Assembly: GCA_965153355.1 (NCBI GenBank)
Contig: OZ231126.1
Span: forward strand, 3,038,001 to 3,102,000
Direction: 5' to 3'
DNA from: Flaccisagitta enflata
Lineage: Eukaryota
DNA: 64,000 bases
Shown one piece after another: positions 1 to 11,500 of this stretch. The notes beneath the pieces are model-generated. The model saw nothing but the letters and a program-made list of their open reading frames with translations. It was not told where the DNA came from and searched no databases. The translations under genes were made by a program, and so were the position numbers. Positions within the stretch are counted from its first letter, which is position 1. Each line of letters starts with the position of its first letter.

Positions 1-214
1 CGCACGCAACTGCGGTAGCCCGTAGCCGTGTATCTGGCCTTGTTCCTCCCAACATCGACTTGTCTGTCCCTTTCATTTACGTATTGCGCTGTCTGGTAAT
101 CGATTTCTCATCAAGCTTCAGTCCTCCTTTCTGTCCTCATGTACCTTGTTGCGTGACCTGTCTATTTTTGTCATGAAACTTTTAAAAGTAAAAACATTTT
201 TGTATTTTATTCAG

Positions 215-2506
215 CAAACTGGCTGGATGTCAAATCGCGGTCGTCAAAATGTTGCGTCGTTTCTCGTCAAAGATTTAGGACTGGATTGGCGCCTTGGTGC
301 GGAATGGTTCGAATCTCTTCTCTTGGATCATGACGTTTGCTCAAACTACGGGAACTGGAATTACGCTGCCGGTATGTCTATCTGTCTGTATGTTAACATG
401 AGGGTCTGATATCATATTTGAATGCCAGAGCTTACATTAAGCCAGATTCTCTGTGTTCAAATTAAATGTGGCTTGTGTGTGTCAAGCTGCGTTCGCGTTA
501 TGAAAGGGATTGTGAATCTATTTCTCCTTAAACTCAAAATGGAATTTATTATTCCAGGCATCGGCAATGATCCTCGTGAGAATCAAAAATTCAACATGGT
601 CAAACAGGGACTTGACTACGACCCAGACGGGGAATACATTAGAACTTGGGTCCCCGAGCTTAAAGGTGTGTATATGATAAGTAGAGGAGAGATTGGAAAG
701 ACTGAAGGAAATACAAAGGAGGAAGATACTAGGGAAAGAAGGAAAGAAGAAAACAAGGCTGGATACACGGCTACCCTAGTTGCGTGCAGGTGGGCAGGAG
801 CAGTGCTGGGGAAGGTCACTAGGGTATCTGGGTAGGAGCCGTATGCTCAAAAAGCTCAGAAACGCCAAAAAGTAAAAACAGGACTGACCAACAGACGAAC
901 CAACATAGCAGGGTATAGACCAGCTCTATTCCCCAGCTCTATCAAACCTATCCCTGGTTCTACGAGACCTATCCTGAGCTCTAGCATACCTAATCACAGC
1001 CGAATATGATAATTGGAAAAAGTTGAATTACATAATTCGACTTTTTGAAACGTAGAGGAAAAATCAGGTTTTCCATTTTCAATTTGAGGAACTTTGGAAA
1101 GTTGAGCTATTTCCCGCTTAGGATGACATATCTTTTAATATTCACAGCTAAGATAGAACTAATTTTTTTCTTTTAAATGGCACCAACCAGAGGTGTCTAG
1201 GATCCATTATTTTCAAGCTATGATTTTTTAATCTTTTTGATCCCAACTTTTGGTTTGATGTAACAATGGGGAAGAGTAAATATGTTACGCAAATTGACTC
1301 CAAATTTTATGACGCTTGCTTTTATTGGAAACTAGGCCGGATACACGGCTACCCCAGTCGCGTGCGGGTGGGCAGGGGCTGTAATTGAGGTCACCAGATC
1401 ATTTGGGTAGGGGCAGTGAAGCCAAAAATCCCAAAAACCCAAAAAAAGTAGTGTGACGGACCGACCGACGGATGGACCAACAGACCGACAAATTGGGGTG
1501 TAGCACGCGACTAAAAAGTCGAATTACGTAATTCGACTTTTTAGGCTGTAGGGGAGAAAGCTTGAGTTTCTATTTGCAATTTGAAATTAAGAAAGTTAGG
1601 CAATTTCCATGGATGACCTGTTTGTTTATTCACAGCTAAGAAAGAGCTGACTTTTTTCTTTCAAATGGCGCCAACCATAAGTCTCTAGGATCAATACTTT
1701 TTGAGCTTTGAGTTTTTTAATCTTTCTTTATTTCTTCGCATTTTCGCAAAAATTGATATTTTTCATTGATCCCTACTTTTGGCCTTTTGTAACAATAGAC
1801 AGTAGGGGCAGATTTAAGGCCTGTGAGGACAGGTTTCAGGCCTGAGACGGCAGATTTCTGGCCTGAGAGGGCAGATTTTAAGACTGAGAGAGCAGATTTC
1901 AAGCCTGAGAGGGCAGATTTCAAGCCTGAGAGGGCAGATTTCAAGCCTGAGAGGGCAGATTTCAAGCCTGAGAGGGCAGATTTCAAGCCTGAGAGGGCAG
2001 ATTTCAAGCTTGAGAGGGCAGATTTCAAGCCTGAGATGGCAGATTTCAGGCCTGAGAGGGCCTGGGGGGACTAGTGAATGAACTAACGGACGGATGAACA
2101 AAAGTCCCCCTGTGTTCTACAGGACTTTGTCCCCTTTGGGGCCGCTGCCCAAAAGCCTATACCTATCTTTTCACCCCTCCTCGCACAGAATTACGTGGAA
2201 GCAAGATTCACATTCCATGGACACTCGGGCTCCGGGAATTGGAGACGGCTGGGGTCAGTCTCGGAGAAACTTACCCCAATCCGATCGTCATAGCTCCAGA
2301 ATGGGGCAGGTATACCGGTAAAACAAAGAGTGACAGAAGAAGAGGAGGAGGAAAGGGTGGTGGAAATTTGTCTGCTCGGCCCAGGGGAAGTGGTTGTAGG
2401 GGAGGTGAAGGAAGAGGGGGGTGGTGGTCAAAGAGGAGGCGGAGGAGGAGGGGGCGGAGGCGGCCAAAGAGGCGTTGATTTTTATTTTAAACCGTCTTGT
2501 CAATAG
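215..2506 (+). CDS. cry-dash: Cryptochrome DASH, 3' part (exons 215-371, 558-665, 2189-2506); 5' exons lie upstream of the window
   Basis: Spliced translation [101 protein letters not shown]...[17 protein letters not shown] is the photolyase/cryptochrome FAD-binding domain with DASH-type motifs ([18 protein letters not shown]). Junctions are AG/GT with matching phase 1/1. As written the frame stops at 2478; removing one G at 2416-2421 gives ...[14 protein letters not shown] ending at 2506. Confidence 0.92.
1331..1517 (-). mobile_element. HINE/DINE-1-like non-autonomous Helentron element
   Basis: aggccggatacacggc hairpin, agtcgcgtgc subterminal repeat, (gacc/gacg)n tract and gcacgcgactaaaaa end. 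Confidence 0.7.
1817..2065. repeat. 21-bp tandem array (aagcctgagagggcagatttc)n in a cry-DASH intron; central repeat of a non-autonomous element ending ~2152
   Basis: About 11-12 near-identical 21-bp units, followed by the family motif cccctgtgttctacaggactttgtcccctttggggccgctgccc. Confidence 0.9.
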
Positions 2507-3108
2507 GGACCGCCCCAATCTTTCGGAAAATGCTTCTGAAAATAGCGGCTATCGCTGACTGAAAAAAAGTCGTTAACTTGGGATTTTTTCTTATTTTTCG
2601 AATCTTTCTTTTGTTTTTCTTCTCATTTTCAGAAATTGAAACATTGGAGGAGACCAGCGCAGTTTAGGCCCTCTTTTTTCCCAGCAAAATATTGATGTCT
2701 TGGACTTGGTCATCAAGAGAACGAAATCAAACATTGTGGAAACCCCGCGGAAATTCAACAGTCAAAAGCGAAAGCGGATGGGAAACTTATTTAGTTTTCC
2801 TTCAAGCTGTCACAATTCAAAATTTTCTTGATAGACCGAGACAGATATGGAGCTAACTTTTTGAAAATCAATAAAAAGCAAGCACACCTTTGAAAAAAAT
2901 TTTGACCTCGATGATTGCGTCTGGGATGATGCCCAAAGTTGCTTTCAAAAATGCTGGCAAAAAATGATTTGTTTTCTGCACTGTATCTCCATCGTGCAAA
3001 TTAAAGCTTTTATGAGGGATGCAGAATTGTTTACTTCAACATACATTTTAATGAATCATCAACTGTTATCCAAACAATTTTTTCCTCTTTTGCCGCTGGT
3101 TCATCATT

Positions 3109-3305
3109 AACAAGGCCAACACCGCCAAGTCGCGTGCGAAACTTACGAAATGACTTAGAATGACTTAGAATGACTCTGTATACTCTGAAATGACTTAAAA
3201 ATGACTTGAAGAAATAAAATTGATAAAAAAAGTAAAAGTGTGACAGACCGACGGACAGACGGACGGACAAAGCGGGGTGTAGAGTCGCGTGCACGCGACT
3301 AAAAA
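3109..3305 (-). mobile_element. HINE/DINE-1-like element with a few internal aatgact units
   Basis: aacaaggccaacac..aagtcgcgtgc at one end; gagtcgcgtgcacgcgactaaaaa hairpin at the other; gacggacagacggac microsatellite. Confidence 0.75.
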
Positions 3306-3849
3306 CCATGAGCAAGAAGCAAAAATGCTAATGACAAAGCTAGTCAATGAACGTAACTTGACTCTCCTTTCTTGTTACATAGGGCCTATAAAAAGGAACA
3401 ATGAAAAATTTTTATCTTCGAGAAAATGTGTAAAAAAACATTCGCTTTTTTAGTTGACAATCTTAACCAAACCGCTTCTCACCTGGTTCACAGCTTTCAC
3501 AAGCTTCCAACAACAAAAAAGAATTTCCTTTCCGTTTTTCTAAATATGCTGTAATTCTACTGTTTTTTATATTCATTGTGTTTTAAATACTTTACATTGG
3601 ATTCTTGGCTTATTGTGACCCATCAAAAACAGAGATCAATTGTACTCGCGTAGAGTGGATACCCGGTAAAATACAAGTGTTTCATTTCATTTCAATCGTA
3701 ACTCAAAAAATATTGATCGTAGAGACTTCTGCGCATTGGAAAGAAACAAGGCCAACACCTATAAGTCGCGTGCAGGACAAAAATAACTGAACTGACCTGA
3801 CTCCTTATTGTATCTTTTTATTGAAATCAGACCCGCGCAGCAAAACGGG

Positions 3850-4690
3850 CCAAACCAGACTCAAACCAGACTCAAACCGGAGCTCAAAGACTCAAAGCGA
3901 GACTCAAACCAGAATTAGAAACCAGACCGAAATCAGACATAAACCGGGCATAAACCAGACTAAAGGCAGACTCAAACCAGATTAAAGCCAGACTCAGAAG
4001 CAGACTCAAACCGGAGACTCAAACCAGACTCCAGCCAGACTCAAGCCAGACTCACTGCAGACTTAAACCCAGGCCAAGGCAGGCTCAAGCCAGGCTCAAA
4101 CCAGGCTCAAGCGGAGCTCAAGCCAGACTCAGGCCAGACCAATACCAGGCCAAACCAAGGCCAAACCAGACCTAAATCGGACCTAAATCAAACATAAACC
4201 AAAGACCAAAAAACAGACATAGACCAGACCTAAAGCAGACCTAACCCAGGCCCTAAACCAGACATAAATCAGGCCCCAAAACCAGTCTTCGCTGGACTTA
4301 AACAGGCGTAGGCCAGGTAAGCTTGAACAACCAGGCCTTAGAAAAGCCATACTTCGACCAGACTTAAGCCAGACTTAAACCAGACTTAAACCCGAGAAAC
4401 TTAAACCATACTTATCTTTAATATCATTTTAACAGACTTAAGCAGCAGACTTAAACCTTCATTAGACAGCAGACTTAAACCATTAGATTTAAACCAGCAG
4501 ACTTAAACCAGCAGGGCTTAAACCAGCTGATTTAAGCCAGCAGACTTAAACCAGCAGAACAACCCATTGGAGAAACCAAACAGCAAGATTTAAGCCAGAA
4601 GATTCAAACAGCAAACTGTATCAGACTTTGCAGCAGACTTTGGCAATAAGCTAGCCAGACTTTAGCAGCAGACTTTGACCAGCAGACTTT
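3850..4690. repeat. Degenerate ~11-14-bp tandem array (aaaccagactc / aaaccagcagactt)
   Basis: Visible periodic aaaccagact units, drifting to aaaccagcagactt. Confidence 0.8.
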
Positions 4691-5085
4691 AATGACCAAA
4701 AATGACCAAAAATGACCAAAAATGACCAAAAATGACCAAAAATGACCAAAAATGACCAAAAATGACCAAAATGCCGAAAAAAGACGAAAGATGACCGAAA
4801 ATGACCAAAATGACCAAAATGACCAAAAATGACCAAATATGACCAAAATGACCGAAATGACCAAAAATGACCAAAAATGACCAAAATGACCAAAAATGAC
4901 CAAAAATGACCAAATATGACCAAAATGACCAAAAATGACCAAAAATGACCAAAAATGACCAAACTGACAAAAAAATGACCAAAATGACCAAAGATGACCA
5001 AAGATGACCAAAGATGACCAAAAATGACCAAAATGACCAAAATGACCAAATATGACCAAAATGTCCAAAATGACCAAAAATGATC
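4691..5085. repeat. (aaaaatgacc)n 9/10-bp satellite
   Basis: Direct tandem aatgaccaaa(a) units. Confidence 0.95.
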
Positions 5086-5086
5086 A

Positions 5087-5780
5087 ATAGTCGCAAAAGC
5101 GTTAGATGGTCAGCGGTACCCGTGCCCTGCCTAAGTTAGTTGTGGTTGAAGTTGAGGAGGGAGCAGGGCAGCGGCCCCGAAGGGGTCGATGACCTATGCT
5201 TTCCTTCACACATATGGGGGATTTTCTCCTCCTCCTCCTCCTTCTTCTTCTTCTCCTCCTCCTCCTCCGTCCCTCCCACTCAAATCCCAGTCCCGAGGCC
5301 CAAATTCCAGTCTCGAGGCCCAAATCCCAGTCTTGAGGCCCAAATCCCAGCCTCAAGGCCCAAATCTAGCCTCAAGGGGCCTGTCACAGCTAGGCTGAGG
5401 TTTCAGGCCTCCCAGGTCTGGGATCTGGGCCTCTGGCTGAATTTTGACCTTGAGGCTGAGATTTGGGCTTCACGGCACAAATCTGGGCCTCCAGGCTAGG
5501 ATTTAGGCTTTGAGGCTAGGATTTGGGCCTTGAGGATTTGGGCCTCAAGACTGGGTTGGGCCTCGAGACTGGAATTTGGGCCTCCAGGCTGGGATTTAGG
5601 CCTTGAGGCTGGGATTTGGCCTTGAAGGCTAGAAAGTTTGAGAGCCTCAAGACACAGGATTTGGGCCATCAAGACTGGAATTTGGGCCTCGGGACTGGGG
5701 TTGAGGGTGGAGCGGAAAGGAGAAGGAAAGAAGGAGGAGGAGGAGGAGAAAATCCCCATATGTGTGAAGCAGTCATCGAC
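5087..5780. mobile_element. Non-autonomous element (gggcagcggccccgaagggg family, 21-bp central repeats) inserted into the aatgacc satellite
   Basis: agtcgcaaaagcgttagatggtcagcggtacccgtgccc end, gggcagcggccccgaaggggtcgatgac motif, gaggcccaaatcccag repeats in both orientations; satellite on both sides. Confidence 0.7.
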
Positions 5781-5809
5781 ACTCAAAGAACACTCTGAAA
5801 CATAAATGA

Positions 5810-6560
5810 AAAAAATGACCAAAATGACCAAAATAGCCAAAAATGACCAAAATGACCAAAAGTGAACAAAAATGTCCAAAATGACCAAAAATAACCAAAA
5901 ATGACAAAAATACCTAAATATGATCAAAATGACAAAAAATGACCAAAATGACTAAATATGACCAAAAATGACAATAGCAAAATGACCAAAAATGATCAAA
6001 AATGATCTAAAAAGACCAAAAATGATTAGCATGTGAAATGACCAAAAATGACTAAATAAATAAAATGATCAAAAATGATCAAAAATGACCAAAACTGACC
6101 AAAAGCCAAAAATGATCAAAATGACCAAAATGACCAAAAATGACCAAAAATGACCAAAAATGACCAAAAATGACCAAAAATGACCAAAAATGACCAAAAA
6201 TGACCAAAAATGACCAAAAATGACCAAAATGACCAAAAATGACCAAAATGACCAAAAATGACCAAAAATGACCAAAAATGACCAAAAATGACCAAAAATG
6301 ACCAAAATTGATCTAAAATTGATCTAAAATGACCAAAAATGACCAAATTGACCAAAATGACCAAAATGACCAAAATGATCAAAAATGACCAAAATGACCA
6401 AAAAATTACTAAAAATGACCAAATATGACCAAAAATTACCAAAAATGACCAAAAATGACCAAAAACAGCCAATTGATCTAAAATGACCAAAGTAATGGGT
6501 AAACCAAAGTAATGGAAGCCAAAATGACCAAAATGACCAAAAATGACCAAAAATTACTAA
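5810..6560. repeat. (aaaaatgacc)n 9/10-bp satellite, second block
   Basis: Direct tandem units, most homogeneous at ~6120-6310. Confidence 0.95.
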
Positions 6561-6823
6561 AAGCAACCAATAATTCCCAAAAACAACAAGCTCAAAATAA
6601 TAGACGGCCAAAAAGGCGCAAGCAAAGTGCTATGGACCGACAGACCGACAGACCGGGCGACCGACCGACCGACCGACAGAGCAGGTTGTTGAGTCGCGTG
6701 CACGCGACAAAAAGTTAGCTCTTTTGGCACAAGGTAAAATGAGGACACAGGGTAACTGTATTGCGAACAGGTGAGCAGGGGCATCCAGCCTCTTTCAAGC
6801 CCCTCCTCATAACACCCTTACCC

Positions 6824-7013
6824 AACAAGGCCGGATACACGGCTACCGAAGTCACGGCGTGTGGGTGGGCAGGGCCATATTTGAGGCACTGGGGCCATAT
6901 TTGGGCAGGAGCAGTGAGGTCAAAAGGCTTCAAAAATCATAAAAAACAAGTGTGACAGACCGACCGACCGACGGACAAAGCGGGTGTAGAGTCGCGTGCA
7001 CGCGACTAAAAAA
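6824..7013 (-). mobile_element. HINE/DINE-1-like element
   Basis: aacaaggccggatacacggc ... gaccgaccgacggac ... gagtcgcgtgcacgcgactaaaaaa. Confidence 0.75.
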
Positions 7014-7135
7014 CATCTAGAACACTCATTTTTGATTTTTCCACTTTTAAAGTGATGTATGTGTTAATTGTGTTATGGCCCGATACGACGGAAAGTCCAA
7101 CTCACCAAAGGCGTTTATAGTTGCGTTCCCTCAAC

Positions 7136-7238
7136 CAGCGATGTATGGCAAGGGACTTCAGGGACATCACATGACGTCCCCGCTGTCGGGTTTGAATGTT
7201 TGTCGGGCTTGAAAATTTGTTGTGAAAATAGGAGGAAG

Positions 7239-7298
<60 letters not shown>

Positions 7299-7752
7299 AC
7301 AGACGGGCAGGCAGAGTCAGACAAACTGACAGACAAATGAACAGACAGATAAACAGATAGACAGACATACAAATGAACAACAGAAAAATATTTCTTGAAT
7401 CAAATCTTTTGGGGGAAGTAATAAACAAGTTTGCAAAACAAAATGAGGAAAGGGCTTGATTGATATATGTTGATGATTAGTATACTTTTCCCTTACTTGC
7501 TTAACAATTTTTCTAGATACCTTTTTTGCACTATGCACTTAATTGTATGAATCAATCAAAAACAGCTCTATCTAATAAAGAAATAACAGTCTAGATGAGA
7601 ATCACTCTTTTATTTGTTACTTTTTGTTTAGTATTGGCTTAGAATGCATATGAATCATAGAAAATCAATTAAAAAGCTATTATGCTTAGATTTGCTTTCG
7701 TGCTTGGAATTAGCTGTGAAGTCCTTAACCTTCAAGCTGCTATACATCGCTG
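7136..7752. mobile_element. hAT-superfamily MITE, copy 1
   Basis: TIRs cagcgatgtat / atacatcgctg; perfect 8-bp TSD ccctcaac (7128-7135, 7753-7760); internal (GA)n. Confidence 0.9.
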
Positions 7753-8500
7753 CCCTCAACTAAACTTGTATTATCGCAGGCAAGATATAACTTTCCCAAC
7801 TTTCCCAAGTGCCTCAAATCGAAAATGAATAACCAGATTTCTCCAACAAAAACAAATCAAAAAATGTTTCAAAAAGTCGAATTACTTTTTCCAATTAACC
7901 TCGACGCTGCGTACAAAAACAACACAACTATTGCAACGCATATTTCATAACATTTTGTTTGAGAATTTTGATCATGTTTACTTGTTGTCAGCTTCATACA
8001 TGTTGGATTTTATTAAAACATCGAAAACAATTTCTAGAAGTAGACAACTTCAAAAGATAACGCAGACAGTGCCTTTGAATACACACACTTTTTATAATTA
8101 GATTATCGAGATCGTTTGGAATTTGATCAAATGGAGTAGTGTCCCCTTCGTCTCTCCTTCACAATGACCTGGCTCTGTATATCGTTTTGGAAGAGATAGA
8201 AGTCATCTTGGCAGTGCCGAGAAACGGCGGATAACCGTGAAAATCACTGCAACAGTTAGACCTGAGCAGAGGTTAACAATTTCAGAAAATCCTGTACGTC
8301 CTTACTTGGTAAGGCAGGTAATATGGTATCAAGGCCGGATACATGGCAATCCCGTCGCGGGCAATAATGCGAAACTCACTTGCAATTCAAAGATATTACG
8401 GATGGGCGGATTGACCAAATAAGCAAGATGTGTAGTCGCCTGCCCGCGACTATAAATCAAATTGGAAAGATATACAAATTAGACATTCTTTAAAGAAAAG

Positions 8501-11500
8501 CTACTGACCGGCGGTAAAAATGGGAGCCATAAGAAGCAAGGCAAGAAGTGTTGGGACAGACATTGTTATGCCGTTTTGCAAACTTGACGGAAACGTCGGC
8601 TTTGGACTTGTGGGTGAGGCCGTAGAGTCAGTCACTGGTGGGGCGGTTGGCGTCGGCTTTGAACTTGTGGTTGAGATTGTAGAGTCAGTCACCGGTGGGG
8701 CGGTTGGCGTTGATGGCACCTGCGACAATTCAACATACACTCCATGAATTGTTTGATCCACCATTTCATGTCTTGTCTACAGACGCAATTGAATTACAAA
8801 ACAGTACCAATGGGGCAACATCGCGTCCTGTCCCTACTTACAGTAATATGTTTTTAAGTGCTTCCTCGCACTTCTATAAAAGGTCATGTCCGTCCAGCGA
8901 TGTATGGGAAGGGACTTCAGGGACATCACGTGACGTCCCTGCCGTCGGGCTTGAAAGCATGTCGGTCTTGAAAATGTGTTGCAGAAAAATTTTGAAGGAA
9001 GGGTGAAAAAAAAAGAGAGAGAGAGAGGCTGACAGACACGCAAACAAATATGCAGACAGACAGATAAAAATAACAAAGTAATTTACTAAATCAAATCCTT
9101 TGGGGGGGAATAATAAACGAGTTTGCAAAACAAAATGAGGCCAGGGCTTGATTGATATGTGCTGATCATTAGTATGCCTTGCCCCTACCTGCTATGCAGT
9201 TTTATTTTTAGATTTTATTTCTGCACCATACACTAGATTGTATGAATCAATAAAAAACAGACCTATTTCATCAAGAAATACCCATCTAGATGAGAATCAC
9301 TCTTCTTACTTTTTGTCTACCATTGGCTTAAAAAGCATAGGAATCATAGAAAATCAATTAAAAGGCCGTCGTGCTTAGATTTGCTGTCGTGCTTGGAATT
9401 GGCTTTGAAATCCCTAGGCTCTAAGCTGCCATACATCGCTGTGTCCGTCGGTAAGTCAAGTACTAATCATATTCCGGAATTATGCATGACTTATTGAATA
9501 AATAAATACCGATCTTGTGTCTATACTCTTGAGCTAGATAATAGTTTTAACTTAAGTCGACAAATGTCACGTTTCACAAAAAAGGAAATGGATAAGGCAA
9601 AAACGAACAAACGTATGCAGCTGCTAACACATCCACCTGCGAAGTCCTACTAGGCATCACTTCTTTTGAATAACTCAATAGACCGACCAGGCTTGTGACT
9701 ATGACAAAAAAAATTTTAGAAATAGCACTGATTATATTGGTGTCGAAAGTGTGCGTGCTCGTGTGCATCCGCGCATTTTTGTTAATAGCAGTGCCAGCAA
9801 TTTATGTGCCAACACATGCATACAAACTTGAGGTCAACTAACTGGGGAAATTTCAGTTGGCGCCATAAGTGTTGTAGTGTATGGCGTGGAATCTCAAAGA
9901 GACGTCAGCAGCCAGTTACCAGTCAGCAGAGCTTCCAAGCTCAGCAGAGTTATGTTTTTAGTTCAGTTTTGAGCATGGCCCCAAAGAGGCGTCTGGGAAC
10001 AGGGGGGAATCTGTCCCAAGTCCGTCCGGCCCGTACGTCTGTCTGTACGTCCGTCCCCCCCCACCCCACCCTCAGGGCTTCGTCTCCTTTGGGGCCCAAA
10101 TCCAAACTGTATGGCCCAAATCAAAGCAAAATGGCCCAAATCCAGTCAAAATGGGCCAAATCCCGGGGAAATGGCTCAAATCCAGCTAAAATGGGCCAAA
10201 TCCAGGCAAAATGGCCCAAGACCAGGTAAAATGGGCCAAATCTGGCTAGCTCTCTCATTTTGGCCCCTTAAACTTAGATTCTGGCTCCCAAAACACACAT
10301 CCAAGCCTTAGAGACCCAGATCCTGACCTTTGGGACCCAGATTCTGACCTCCAAGACCTAGGTTCTGGCCTCAAAGACCTAAATCCTAGCCTCAGAGGCC
10401 CAAATCCTGGCCTCAGAGACTGAAATCCTTGCCTCTGAGACTAAGAAATTGGTCTCTGAGACCTAGATTCTGGCCTCAGAGACCCAGATCCTGGCCTGCT
10501 CCTCCCTCAACTTAACCTACAAACTATACAATAAGGGCAAGGGTACCATTATCCATATACTGCCTTTTGTCATTTCTCCATGGTATTCAATGAAAATTTG
10601 AAATACAGGGCATCCTGGACAAAAGGAAGGCAGACAGACGGACGGACGGACGGACGGATGGATGGACGGACAGATTCCCCCTGTGTTCTACAGGACTTCG
10701 TCCCCTTCGGGGCCGCTGCCCTGCTCCCTCTCAACTTTAATCACTTTCTCCTCAAGCAAGGCACGGGTACCGCTAACCACTTATTGCCTTTGGGCTCCTA
10801 TTTTTTCTAATTTTAAATTATATTCTCAATTGACAGGGAAAACACATATTCTCTTTCATTCTTCCCCAAAGTTTGGTTTTCTCTTCCTGTTTTTATTTTT
10901 TTTTTTCTCATTCTTTTCCAGTTTTTGGCATCATTTTTAGTGGCTTGAGTTTGGCAGGGGTATAAGTCTGATAAACAGGGACGTCGGGCGACGTCCCTGA
11001 CGGCCCTCCCCGTGCACCCATGGAGTTGGCGCTAAATCAGTGTTACATGGATGCAACCTCACCTTGCCCCCGGGGCGAAATGTTTCGACGAGACTATCTT
11101 TGACTGGACTGATGAAAATTGAGTTTGAATCTTCGATGACGAGTCTCATGACAAATTGTCCTTCCATGATAGATTCCTCTAACTTGGCTGTGGCGTTGGC
11201 CAGTTGTATGTCTGGGTATCCGAGTTGTCCAATACCTGACAGAGAACGATCATTCTTATTCTGTTATGGTGGCAATATATACCGTATTTTCTCTAAAAAG
11301 CGCCCCCCCTCCAAAAAGCGCCCCCCCCTTTTTTTTTAGAATTACACTTTTTAAAAAAGGTTTGAATAAAAATACTAAGTAAAATGATAGAATAACACAA
11401 CGCAAGAAACCATTTTTAGAGACTTTCAAACAGTTTTATGCATTGAATGTCATTTATGATATCAAAAGGGCTCTCATTAGAAGGTTAAAAAGCAAAATTT

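Larger units (their letters stand above)
3745..6713 (-). mobile_element. Expanded HINE-like element carrying kb-scale internal satellite arrays and a nested insertion
   Basis: Starts aacaaggccaacacctataagtcgcgtgc (same end as the 3109 copy) and ends gaccgaccgac..gagtcgcgtgcacgcgacaaaaa; the interior is tandem arrays. Confidence 0.6.

Noticed and set aside
1717..2101. ORFs with KSALSGL / PERADFK / LRLEICP repeats
   Set aside because: They are translations of a 21-bp TE tandem array inside a cry-DASH intron and are open in several frames.
2410..2425. Programmed ribosomal frameshift in cry-DASH
   Set aside because: No recognisable slippery heptamer or stimulatory structure; a homopolymer error is simpler in a window with other error signatures.
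1817..6560. Regular repeats as a possible CRISPR array
   Set aside because: Units are head-to-tail with no unique spacers, there are no cas genes, and the context is a spliced eukaryotic locus.
4604..6611. Hydrophobic GHFWSFLVIF-repeat ORFs resembling membrane proteins
   Set aside because: They are translations of the (aaaaatgacc)n satellite.
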